Shown here: in pieces, positions 28,826 to 50,122 of the stretch
How the letters are laid out: each line of letters opens with the position of its first letter
How positions within the stretch are numbered: the first letter of the stretch is position 1
Origin: Phaeosaccion multiseriatum
Taxonomy: Eukaryota; Protista; Ochrophyta, other classes
Direction of reading: 5' to 3'
NCBI GenBank assembly: GCA_965112735.1
Contig: OZ218958.1
Location: 62,001-126,000 of the forward strand
DNA: 64,000 nucleotides
Translations under genes and position numbers: made by a program
The notes under the pieces: model-generated
What the model saw: only the letters and a program-made list of their open reading frames with translations
Told to the model about the DNA's origin: nothing
Databases searched by the model: none

Positions 28826-29424
28826 CCTGCCTACCTTGTCGCTACTCGACTGCCTGCTTGATCCGGGAGGAGGGAGGACATGGCAAGCAGCAGCAGTGCA
28901 CTCATCATACTGCCTCGGAGGCCGAGAAGCCGCACAGATGGCGGCATGGTGTGGGAGGGCAGCTGGGCTGGAGCACCACCTCGTGAAGATGGACCGGGTG
29001 GGTGGGCCGAAAGGCCGACTCGCTGATCCGTGCTTGCCTCTCTGGCCTTTCGCCCGGTGTGCACTCACTGTGTGCACTCACGAGGGGGGGGCGGGGGGGG
29101 AGTCTGCCATGTGCCCTCCCCAGACCAGAGGACCACAGCTTCGGAGGTCAGGAGGCCGCTGGATCTTCTGTGGCAGCTCTGGTGTATCGCCAACTGCTGC
29201 TGCCATCGCCTCCCTCAGTACATGTAGGCAGTCCGGCAGGCGGGCCACCCCCAGCAGCACTCGCAGCACACGCAATGGGCCCACTTCGTGCCCAGGCCCT
29301 AACAAGGGAAGGAACAGGCGCTCCCTTCAGACTGCAGCAGAGAGCCCCAACAGAGGGACGGGCCTGAGAAGCAAGTCATCTCAAGCAGCAGGGGAAGAGG
29401 GGCGTGGCTAAGACACAAGCCGTC

Positions 29425-31184
29425 TCAGTAGCAGTGGGGGCCGTAGAAGGGGGCGGGGTCTTTGTAGCACGCCTCAAAGGTGGCGTCCAGGTACTCATCG
29501 GCCTGTCCAGGAGAGGCGTGGAGGAAGGGGCACGGGAAGGAAGGAAGGAAGGAAGGAAGGAAGGAGGGAAGGCACCAGACACGCGAGAATGGCAAGTGTG
29601 GAGCAAAAGAGCCGCCGACCACCCACGGAGAGGCAGGGGCGTCAAAAGAGAGCGTTAGAGCTACGTGGGCTAACTGCAAGCTAATTTGACATTCGCCCGG
29701 CTTCACAGATGGCGGGCGGGGGTGCTTACCTTGGCTTTGCACGCCTCGTGGCCTTCCAAAGAGAGCTTAGCTCTGCGCATCACGCACGCTCTGTGCTGCT
29801 TGTACACCCCGAAATTGCCTGAGTCAAGGGCAGGGAGAGAAAGGAGAGGGGGGGGGGGGGTAAGGGAGGGCGCTGCTGCTTCTGTTTGTGCCAAGTGGGG
29901 CCGCGGGAGGAGAAGGGGGAGGGGGGGGGGGTGCTTTGCTGAGGCCACGCGCCGCACCAGAGCGACGAATGGACTCAGAACCCGAGAGAGAAGAGAGAGA
30001 GAGGGAGGGAGAGAGAAAAGGAGGGCGAGGGAGAGAGACAGACAGAGAGAGAAAGGGAGGGAGAGAGAGAGAGAAAGGGAGAGAGAGGGAGAGACACACA
30101 CAGAGGGAGGATTGGCCGGATAAAGAAGGCTCTCGTCACTGAGACTGGCACTGAGTACTTCCCACTGACCTCGTAGATACTCGAGCGTGAAGGCGCACTC
30201 TCCGCTCATGTTGCTCGCCCGCACCTCGGAGCACGCGATGTGCATGCAGTTGCCCTTCAGCGATGCCTACGCAGGCAGGCAGGCAGGCAGCAGTCAGGCA
30301 GTCAGTCAAAGGATGGTAGTGGGTGGACTTGGTCCGAAAGTGGTATCTCCTCTCTTGTCCTTCCCTTTGCCCCCCCCCCCCCCCTTTTCTCTCCCTGACT
30401 TACCTTGGTCCTGCAATGGTCGTAGGCGTGGATGAGCTCGTGCGCGATGTTTGAGTCAGACACGTCCTGATCCACTGTGGCGTTGTTGAAGTTCGAGTCC
30501 TCGCAAATCACCACCTTTGGTACACACAGAGAGAGGGACAAGAGGGGAGAGACGTGAGAGAGACGAGAGACTTGGGGTCATGTGCACTCCATTTGGGCCC
30601 ATTTGGGCCTGCGCGTGCTAGTCCCGCCCTTGCACCGAATTCAAGCACTGAATGTCTAGCACTGACCTGCGGCTTCACTCCGTCTTTTGTGGGCACTTGA
30701 AAGCCGGCCCCGATGTCAATGTTAGTACCAGTGCCGAGGCTGGGGGGGGGGGGGAGATGAAGAAGGGGAAAGAGAGAGAGAGAGAGAGGAGATGGTGAAT
30801 GCGAGAAAGGGAGAGAGGCGGGCGGAGACGGGAATAAATCCTATCAGACCGCACACATTCAGATCCGAAGGGGCGCGGGAAATTGGCCAATGCCCTTGCT
30901 CCATCCCTCCCTCCTTCTAAGGTGATTCCTCGTAAGTCAATATATGCTCCCTCCCTCCCTCCCTCCCTCCCTCACGCCTTGCACGGCTTGCAAATGCCCG
31001 AAGCTCCCCTCCTCACCCCTTGCAAGGCTTGCACAGCTTGCAAACACCCAAACCTCCCTATCTCACCCCTTGCAAGGCTTGCACTTGATAAAGTCGTCGG
31101 GCAGCTCACAGCCGAGCTTCTTGATGGAGTCCATGAGGTAGCGCACCTTGGCGGCTGAGCGAGAGGTTGCGGATCAAAGGTAGA

Positions 31185-31223
<39 letters not shown>

Positions 31224-31415
31224 AGCGAGAGAGCGCGTAAGGGTGGAACGAGATTTCTTTCTCGCTGCTCACCTCGTGCACTTACATTTTGTAAGCGAGT
31301 ACTCCTTCTCCCTCTCGCATTTGTTGTGGCACTCCGCTATGGCCGCAGCCGTGACCTCAGCCGCTGATCCTTCTTTCCTAGGTGCCGCAGCTGGCTCCCT
31401 GCGGATAGACGCCAT
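29425..31415 (-). CDS. ATP23: Mitochondrial inner membrane metalloprotease ATP23 (peptidase M76), 7 exons
   Basis: AKVRYLMDSIKKLGC, VVICED, IAHELIHAYDHCR (HExxH), NCMHIACSEVRASNMSGEC, KQHRACVMRRAKLSL, FEACYKDPAPF; canonical GT-AG joins. Confidence 0.95.
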
Positions 31416-31535
31416 ATTTCTCACACTGCGTGTTTATGGCTTTCTGTCTCCTTCGCGGGTTGGGTTTCTGGGCCGGGGCTTTTCTTATTCATTGACTTAA
31501 TTTTTTTGCTTGGCACTGTGGTTATAGACAGCTGG

Positions 31536-31835
31536 TTATAGATACATGGGAGGAAAATCCACGTATATGAGTACCGCGGTCGAGGCTATTCCGATGATCA
31601 CAGAGACAAGGTAGGACGAAGTGACGTGAAAACCGTATACACTCCAAATCAGGGGTCGTCCATGGATAAAGTCAATGATGCCTGCCCGCCCACCCAAGTA
31701 GGCGTAGTCGTCGCCGTTCGCCTGGAGAATCAACTCCTCGCCTCTTGTCTTGGCTCTGCCATTAAAAGTGCTCAATGCTGTACCAGTGGACAGCGCATAT
31801 ATACAGCAGGACGGTACTACTACGAAGTACGATGT
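31536..31835 (-). pseudogene. Orphan C-terminal fragment resembling TM6-TM7 of a 7TM ion channel (gustatory-receptor-like / DUF3537 superfamily)
   Basis: 99-aa open frame TSYFVVVPSCCIYALSTGTALSTFN...GGRAGIIDFIHGRPLIWSVYGFHVTSSYLVSVIIGIASTAVLIYV, bounded upstream by TAA at 31836-31838. More AT-rich than its neighbours. No upstream TM exons found. Family similarity is from recalled motif only. Confidence 0.45.
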
Positions 31836-32185
31836 TTATGTACATTGGAGGCTGCCCTTAAAAGCGGCACTCCCCGTTCGTCGCCCCTCCTTCCTCCTTC
31901 CCGCTTCTTTTGGGTACACTCGAGCAGCGCAGCCCAAGCACCTCCAAACATCTCCAAGCACCGTGCCTCTCTGTCTCTCCCTGACTGACTACCCTGAGGG
32001 CATGGAGGCGAGTGCAGCCTTCTTCTCCTTGTCCTTCTCCACGCTTTGGTCTCCAATCCACAGTGGACAAGACGGCCGTGAGTCGAGCAGAACAGGAGAG
32101 GGCACGCCCGTGCCTGCCGCTGCCCCAGCCCCATACAATGAAGCCTCTCTCCCTTCTCCTTGGCGCTGTCTCTCCACTCGCACAC

Positions 32186-32369
32186 ATGAGGCTCAATCAA
32201 TCTCAATCATGAGGCTCAATCAATCTCAATCATGAGGCTCAATCAATCTCAATCATGAGGCTCAATCAATCTCAATCATGAGGCTCAATCAATCTCAATC
32301 ATGAGGCTCAATCAATCTCAATCATGAGGCTCAATCAACCTCAATCATGAGGCTCAATCAATCTCAATC
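32186..32369. repeat. 23-bp tandem repeat x8
   Basis: Unit ATGAGGCTCAATCAATCTCAATC, near-perfect, no spacers. Confidence 0.95.
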
Positions 32370-32587
32370 AGCCCGCTACTTGGCGCACAGACTGTGGCCG
32401 TGTAAGGGAAGCAGTGGATCAGAAGCACCAAGGAGAAGGAAGAGGGATGGACGACCTCCTCCCCCTGCTGCTCACCAAGGCCGAGGCCAGCGCAGGCGTG
32501 GTGGGGTAGTGGCAGTCAGTGTCAGAGAGTGGTAGTGAGTGGCCCGCCCCCTTGAGGAGGGGGACACCAAAGCCTTGGCCTGCACGC

Positions 32588-34279
32588 CTACATCAGATGG
32601 CCGGGGTGTGCTGCCCAGCGTGGTGCTGCGATGCCTGGGCAGGGGGGGGGGGCAGGCTGATGGGCCGCCCAAGCGGGGCCGTAGGTGGCCCCACCGTTAC
32701 TGCTGTTGCCACCACTGCTGGTCCCTGCAGGCATCGCACCCCCTACTCTTCCAGGGCCCGCACTCGAAGGCCGCTTGCTTGCCACTGCGGCCGCTGCTGC
32801 TGCCGCTGCCGCCGCGTCTGCTGCTGCCGCTACCGCCGCGTCTACTGCTGCTCCTCCCGTCATGGCTGATATCGAAGGTAGGGGTTGCTGGTGGTGGTGG
32901 TGGTGGAGCTGATGCGGATGGTGCTGGTGCTGTTGGTGCTGCTGGTGCTGGTGCTGTTGCGGCTCAAGATGATGGTGCTGGTGCTGTTGGTGCTGCTGGG
33001 GCTGCTGCTGCGGTGGCAGCTGCTGCTGCTGATGATGGTGGTGGCCTCCTCCCGCTCCTCCCGTCGGTACCGCCCCCACGGGCTGGTGCAGCAGCGAGGC
33101 TCCTGGGTACGGCGGGGAGGCGCTTGGGGATGCAGGGGGCAGCTGCGGGTGCGGTGGGGGCGCCGAAGACTGTGCTTGCTGGTCCTTGCCCCTCCTCCGG
33201 CGCTGATTGCGGACCTGCATGGCCTTCTTTCTCTTGACCTCCCTCTCCTGGTCCCTGCCACAAGTCAAAAGCGAGGGAGGCGGGGGGGCGGGGGGTGAAA
33301 GTCAGGGGTGAGGCACAAGGGAGGGAAGTGCAGAGCGCTCAGCCCGTGCCGGCACGCACGCACACACACACGCACGCACTCACGCACTCACAAGGTCTCT
33401 CTCTGCTGAATTCGCGTCTGCCACTTGGCGCGGACCTTGGCAAGCTCGACCTCCTTGCCATCGCGTATTGGCTGCAGACAGAGAAGGCGGAGACACAGAG
33501 GGGCAGAGCGAAGAGAGAGAGGGAGAGAGAGAGAGTGCATGTGTGTGTGTGTGTGAGAGAGAGAAGAGTGAACGGAAGGAGGAGGGACCGGGGAGGGCAA
33601 GGAGTGCGAGCTACGTACACACAGTGGCACCAGAGCGCACACTTGCAAATCGCCACTCACGTCGTAAAGCAGACAACTTCAACTTCAACTTCGGCCTCAC
33701 CGCCGCCCCCCCTTACCCTTACCCATACACACACGCACACCCACGTACGTACATACGCAGGTATCCACAGGCACACGCACGCACACGCACGCACGCACGC
33801 ACGCACGCACACGCACACACACGCGCCCCTGCCTCCTACCTGGAGCTGAGCGGTGAGGAACTCGTTGAAACCGCCGCCCCACTGCTGCTGCCCTGTCTGC
33901 AGGTGCCCCGCCCCTTGGCCAATCCCCCCCGGGCCCATGCCGGCTTGCGCTTGTTCATGGTCCTGGATGAGCTTGGCCCGAAGTGCTTCCTCCCTCCTCA
34001 CGTGTGCGCTCTCCACCTGCTCCAGGGCCTCCCGCTCCTTCTCGCGCAGAGAGGCCACGGGGGTGCGGTTCACGAGGAGGGTCTCCACTTTGCCCTCATC
34101 GGCCTTCTGTCTGTTCCAGTACTTGCACACCTTTGGGGGGGGGGGGAGAGATAGGGTGAGGGAGAGAAAAGAAAGGGGGCTTGGTCTGCCCAGGACGGAA
34201 GAAGGGGTCCGCCACAACACGTCAGCCTCTCCTCTACCTTATCTCTCTTCATCTCCTCTCCCTCTCTCTCTCTCTTCAT

Positions 34280-34334
<55 letters not shown>

Positions 34335-34405
34335 TCTATCTCTACCTGCACCTCAGCCTCTGTACACATGATGCCCTCCAAGTCCTTCGTAAGTCAAGTT
34401 TGGAG

Positions 34406-34442
<37 letters not shown>

Positions 34443-34894
34443 CATGGAGTTGAAGTCCTGCCAAGTGATAATGTTATTGGTGTAGAGCGGCGCCGAGTGC
34501 CCTCCGACGGCCCCCACGCCGGTGCCCGTGCCATGTCCATCCTTCTTCCAAGGGAAGTAGCCGGGCTTGTCACGCTGTCTCTTGGCGATGGCGGCGGCCA
34601 CCATCTCGGGCGGGAAGGACACCATGTAGCAGCGCTTGGGCTCCTTGGACTTGCGCTTCTTGCGGCTCCAGTTGCCCTTCCCCACGCCCTTCTCGCCCTT
34701 CTGCCCTCTGTCGATGCTGCCGGCGTCGGGACTGACGGGGGTGGCGGGGGTGGCGGCAGTACCAGGAGTACTGGTGCTGGTGCTGGGGCATGTGGCTGCT
34801 GCTGCTGCTGCCGCTGCTGCTGTTGCCGCTTCCGCAGCCGTTCCACTCGGGGCACCGCCCATGGAGGTACTGGCCGATGCGGCTGCTGCTGCTG

Positions 34895-34932
<38 letters not shown>

Positions 34933-35865
34933 GCTGTATCGCCGTCTGCTGCAGCCTGGCGGGCGAGGGCTGCGTCGTACTCAGCAGCGTCCATCAAGAT
35001 GTCGCCCTCTCCACCAACCACTTTGACCCCGTGATAGGTGGCCCCCATGCTCTCACACACCTCCTTGGCATGCGTGCTCAGCCACTTGTGGTGCTCCTGG
35101 CGGGAGGGAGGGGGTGCACACGGCGGGGGTGGAGTAAGAGCGAAGCTGCAAGTGGAGAAGGATCAAGGAAAAAGGGAGAGGTTGATGACAGGAAAGAAAT
35201 GAAAGAAATGGCACCCTGCCCTGCCGCCGTTCCACCTGCTCGAACTTGGGCACCGTAAAGTAGCCCACAAGCTCTTGCTTGGACAGGCTCTCCACGGCCT
35301 GACGCACGGCGGCCGCGTCCAGGGAAGACTCTTCCTCCTTGGTCCTCTTCTTCCGCCCCTCTGTCGGTGCTTCGCCGCTGCTCGCCGCCCCCAGGAGGGC
35401 TGAGCTGCTCTCCCAGGCCCTCTTGAGCGGCGCTGCCACGCCCCAGCCGCAGGGGAAGCGCGGGTCCTGCTGCAGCAATCGCACAATCTTGATGACGATG
35501 AGCGACTCCTTGGCGTGGCCCTTGAAGCCCAGCACGCCGGGCAGCATGGCGGAGAACTGTTCCACTGTGGAGGCGCTGGAGTACATGCTCAGGACATCAG
35601 CCATCTCGCAGTCGTCGTCCCACAGCTCCGCGATCATGGCCCAGCCTTTCCTCGCCAGCTCCTGTTTCACCTCCGCCCCAGACATGCCCGGCTGCAGGCA
35701 GACAGTGCCCTTCCCAGGAGGGACAGAAAACTGCCCGGCCACAGCAGCGGCAGCGGCAGCAGCGGCGGCGGTAGGAGCGGGGGTGAGGGTGTATGCCGGA
35801 CCAGTCATAGAAGGGGGAGAGGGGAGGGAAGGGTCGACGCCTAGAAGTGCCGCCCCCTGCTGCCC

Positions 35866-35898
<33 letters not shown>

Positions 35899-35994
35899 AT
35901 GCTGCTGCTGATGCTGATGCTGATGCCACTGCTGCTGCTGATGCAGGGAGTCTCCGGGGGGCCCAGCACCAGCGACAGCACCAGCCTGCTCCAT
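32588..35994 (-). CDS. Hypothetical Q/A/H-rich protein with coiled-coil segments and basic NLS-like motifs, multi-exon
   Basis: ATG at 35994 (MEQAGAVAG). Coding-like exons 35236-35994, ~34444-35097, ~33840-34130, ~33392-33473 and 32588-33256, bounded by GT/AG. KKRTK and RKKRKSK motifs. No family recognised; 3' end uncertain (G-run at 32642). Confidence 0.6.
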
Positions 35995-37218
35995 CGCAGA
36001 CGATGCTGGCGGTGCCGTAAATAATGTTGAAGGTCTCTGCTCTCTAAAAATAAGCTTGCCCTTGACGATCCCTGCCTCGCACAGCCCCCTGAGCAGCGCA
36101 CAAGTGGTCCATCTCCCTCTACAGCAGGAGCCAAAGGGGAGGGAAAGGAAGAGAGAGAAGGGCGGGAAAAGTGGACGTTGCTGAGGGTATGGTTTTCCCA
36201 ATACCACTATGCCATTCGAGGTTCTATTCGGAGGCCTTCAGAGGCCTCGAGGTTTATTTTTTCAATTTTCATTTTCAATTCCTCCTCCATGTCACCGACG
36301 ATCTAGATCGGACACCCGATGCGAGAACATGCCAAGCTGAATGCTTGCTCGGCCACTGGCAAAGTGCGCACGCCCACTGTTGACACTGTGACATTGTCTC
36401 GAGCAAGGAGCGAAGGAGCCAAGGATGGACAAGGAAGGTTGTGCAATGCAAGTGCAAGGCCAAGGCCAAGGCCACGGCTCTCATAGCTGAACAGCCATCT
36501 TCAAGCCGCCAACAAGACGACCAGGCGACCAGACAGGACGGGAAGAAGGGACAAAGGAAGCAGGCGCGGCGCCTGCCGCCTTCACTCGGCCGCCTTCCTC
36601 TTCCTTAGGCCACGGCCAGACATGGCTCACTCACGCACACACACTCACTCACTCAGTCACGCGCGCACGAACGCACGCCCCGCTGTGGACTGGCGGCGGC
36701 GGCTCGTACCGCGGAAGGAAGTGGTTCGCCCGCGCGGCTCATGAGAAGGCCCAACCTTTTGGAAGGCCCAAGCTTCCTTACTGTACCATTTTGGTCATTG
36801 GTGAAGGATGCTCCTTTGCGGGCACCCCCTCAGCTTTCTGCCTTGGCCTTCCCAACAGACAGAGCCAAGGAGCCAAGCAGGCAAGCCAGCCAGACAGCCA
36901 AGGAGCCAAGTCGCTCTCTCGGCCGAGGGGAGGGAGGGTCTGTGGGCCTGGAGGGGGCCTGGAGGGGGCCTGGAGGGGGCCTGGAGGGGGCCTGGAGGGG
37001 CAGCACATCGGGTTAGGCCCTCTTCGGCTTATGGAAGCTTCCCTTCCCTTCCCTTCCCTTGCCTTGCCTCGCCTTGCCGAGCGACATCACCGCTGGGGAG
37101 AGGCGAAGGACCATTTCACCGCACAAAGCAAGCCTTGCGAAGCAGTCTTGCCCCTCCCCTTACCGTCATGTGTGCAGCTCTCCCTCGCCGCTGCCTTGTT
37201 TCTGCTCCTCCTTGCCCT

Positions 37219-39638
<2,420 letters not shown>

Positions 39639-40095
39639 GAGCGTGAGGGCAGAAGGTACGAAGGGGAAAAGGGAAAGGTGTGGCGCCTAAAGTAACGAGT
39701 TTGAATTTCAGTGCGGAGAGCTACAGTTTCATTCGTTGGCAGGCGACCTGCAAGCGCCACAAGCAGAAGCACAGCATTTTCTCACTCTTTGGTGGCATCT
39801 TCATCAGGCACAGATTAGGAGTAGTAGGAGCAAGAACGGGGAGCGAGGAGGACTTGCATTTGCATAGGGAGGAGCGTTAACCTCGAGCTTCGGCGGCGAG
39901 GGCTTGGCTGGGAGGGGAGGGCAAAAAAGGGGGGGTCGCAGTGGGTAGTGAGAAGGCGAGAGCAGCGAGGGACGGAGACGAGGAAAGGGAGGGGGAGGGG
40001 CTTGGCCTCGGACAGGGGGACAAGTGCAGCACCTCAGAGCCAGGCTTGTATCGCTCTGCTGAGCAACCCTGGCGGTGGGGCGGCCGGGAGGGCCA

Positions 40096-47061
<6,966 letters not shown>

Positions 47062-47326
47062 GTAGGAAGGACAGCAACTACGATAGCTAGGAGAGAAGCA
47101 AGCAGCCAAGGGAAGCGAGGAGAGGACAGAGGCAGTGCACGTGTAGTGTAGCAGAGGGGTGGAGGGGGAGAGCACCCAGGATGGCAGCGGATGGTACCCT
47201 CGTGGCCAGGACGAGCACGCTTCGGAGGGCTGTTGGGAGGGATTTTGACCGCTCTTTTGCCCTTGGCGCTGGGGTGGGGCTGGGCAGTTAGGCAGGCAGG
47301 CAGACAGGCAGACAGGCAGACAGGCA

Positions 47327-47384
<58 letters not shown>

Positions 47385-48029
47385 CGGGTGGGTAGGCGAG
47401 CAGGCAGGTAGGCAGGCAGGCAGGCAGGCGGGCAGGCAGGCTCTCCTCGAGTGAACTCAGTAGTCGGTATGCCGTGCTGCAGCTGTGGTCCACAGGCAAG
47501 CGGTCACCAATCATCACATCGTCACCTCATCAGCTCATCCACAGTAGTGACCCCCCACCATGACCGTAACGCAATGAGTCCACAGTATACACACATACAC
47601 ACGTAACACATACGTAAGGTACACATACGCGCTCCCTCCCTTGGAGAGATGATGTTCGTTTGTTAATTAGGAGCACTCCATTTGTGTACAGTAAGAATCG
47701 GCCAAATCGCCCCGTTATTTGGAGATCGGGCGGCAAGGGGGAGTGCTCTTGCAGAAATGCTGACAAGTAGGGAAGGAAAAAAGCGATGAAAGCCGAAAGA
47801 CTATGTGTGGGTAGGCATCTCAAAGAGCTACACCAAGAGCTATACAGTAGCCTTCTCCCAGCATCATTTTGCTGAGCTCGCCCAAAACTCGAAAATTCAG
47901 TGGATGGGAGGCAGATACCTCTTTGAAGGCTTCGAAGGAGAGTGCTATTTGTTGACTTGGGTGGGAGGATGGAAGTGAAAGATGCTAATGGGTGGGCGGA
48001 TGGCCTGACTGATGACTGACCAAAGCCCT

Positions 48030-49335
48030 TCACTTCTTGTCCCCCCCGGCCTTCCAGTCAGGTACATCCACCTCTGCCCCCCCCTTTCCTCCCTCTCCTC
48101 CCTTGCTGCCGTACTCTCTGCGTCGGGGTGGGGGGGCATGAAGCGAAATCAGCAGTTGGAGGGGAGGGTGAGGGGGGTGAGGGGGAGTGGGGGAGTGACA
48201 AGAGAGCAGCTCGATTGCTCTCCTTTGGAAGAGGCCTCGTCCTACCCTCTCCACTGACTTACTAGAGACTACGTGCGACATCACACCAAGGGCTTCTGTA
48301 ACTGCAACTGCAGCTGCAACTGCAACTGCAACGGACACTCACCCCTTCCACTGGTGACCCCAGCTGTCCTCTTTGCTGGCGAGGATGTTTTTGGCCTCCT
48401 TGCCGTCTAAAGGCAGAGAGAAAGCCTCCGCCACTCCGTCATACGCCGGCTTTGGTGTGAACCTGAGGGAGAGGGACAGATGGCAGTGGACGGGGCACGG
48501 GATTGGGGGGGGGGAGGGAGAGAGACATGGCAGTTCATGGATAGGGGGAGAGAGAGGGAGAGAGGCGAAGGGTCAGTAAAGAGGCATGAGGTTGACTTCA
48601 TAATAAAACGGGGAAGAGGGGTGCGTGAGAGAGAGACAGAGGGACAGAGGGAGTGAGACAGAGGGACAGAGGGAGTGAGAGAGAGTGAGAGGCATGACAG
48701 TTACTCTGATGAACACTCACTGATCGTCGAAGAGCAGGGGCCTGTCCTTTACTTTCAAGTCCTTTCCGTAGAAGGCGTGCACCCACGAGCACTTATCAGA
48801 GAAGCCCCAGAAGGTCACGCCCTTGAAGCTTTGGGGGGGGGGGGCGGCAGGGGATGGCAGGGGATGGCAGGGGATGGCAGGGGACGGAGGTGAGGCGTAG
48901 CGCAAGTGACAAAGAAGGTAAGGCCGTATGGTAGGCAGTAAAAAATTGTGTTGGAGGCGACAGACGAGAGAAAGCAGCAACAACAGACGACAGACGACAA
49001 AGGGAAGGGAAGGGAAGGGAAGGGACGGGAAGGTCCTCTAAGGCCCACCCCACGAGGCTCTCACCAGGGCTCGGAGAGAGCGAAGAGGAGGTGGTCGCGG
49101 TACATGACACGCTGCGTCTCCAAAGGGTCCACCGAGGACTTCGGCAGCTACAGCAGCCACAGAGGAAGGGCGGGGGTGAAGCTCAGATCGAAGACGGGGG
49201 CAGCTCAAGGAGAAGGGGAGGGGGCTACGACGGAGATGTGAGAGGAGGCATACAGAGAGAGGCATACAGAGAGGGCAAGGGAGGGGAGGGGAGAGAAATC
49301 TTCCAACGCTCTCTCCTTTCTCCACTCCCCTCTGC

Positions 49336-49370
<35 letters not shown>

Positions 49371-49938
49371 TACGTGTGCCGACCTACCTGGGCGAGGCGA
49401 ATGTCCATTTCGCTGATGTTGACCTCGAGGCCCTTCCCATTGGCACCCTTGAGCTTCCCCAGGCGGTGTATCTGCCGCTTGAGGGAGTGAGGGGTGGGCG
49501 GTTCCTGCTTGCCCTCCCCTCCGGCGCAGAAGTGGGCCTGGTTGGGGCACGCACGGATGGATCGATACCCAAGGAGGTGCAGCAAGGCGGTACAAAAAAA
49601 GGGGTTAATTAATGCCTTTGCACTAGAAGTATGATGGCTCAGAGAGAGAGGGAGGGAGTGTGAGAGAGTGAGAGAGTGAGAGAGCTTAGCGCTGACTGAC
49701 CCCGACTGACACCCGGCACCGCGTCGTGTCCAGTGACTGAGTGAGTGAGTGAGTGAGTGAGTGAGTGAGTGAGTGCGTGAGTGACTGAGTGACTGAGTGA
49801 GTGACTGTCTGACTGACTGACTGATTGACTGATTGACTGACTGAGTGAGTGAGTGAGTCACTGACTGACTGACTGACTGACTGACTGACTGATTCACTGA
49901 CTGATTCACTGACTGACCGACTGACTGACTGACTGACT

Positions 49939-49970
<32 letters not shown>

Positions 49971-50090
49971 GACTGCCTGACTGAATGACTGATTGACTGA
50001 CTGACTGATTGACTGGCTGCCTGACTGACTGACTGACTGACTGACTGACTGACTGACTGACTGACTGACTGACTGACCGACTGACTGACT

Positions 50091-50122
<32 letters not shown>

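Noticed and set aside
32186-32369. CRISPR-like array (23-bp repeats)
   Set aside because: Head-to-tail tandem units with no unique spacers, no cas genes and a eukaryotic context.
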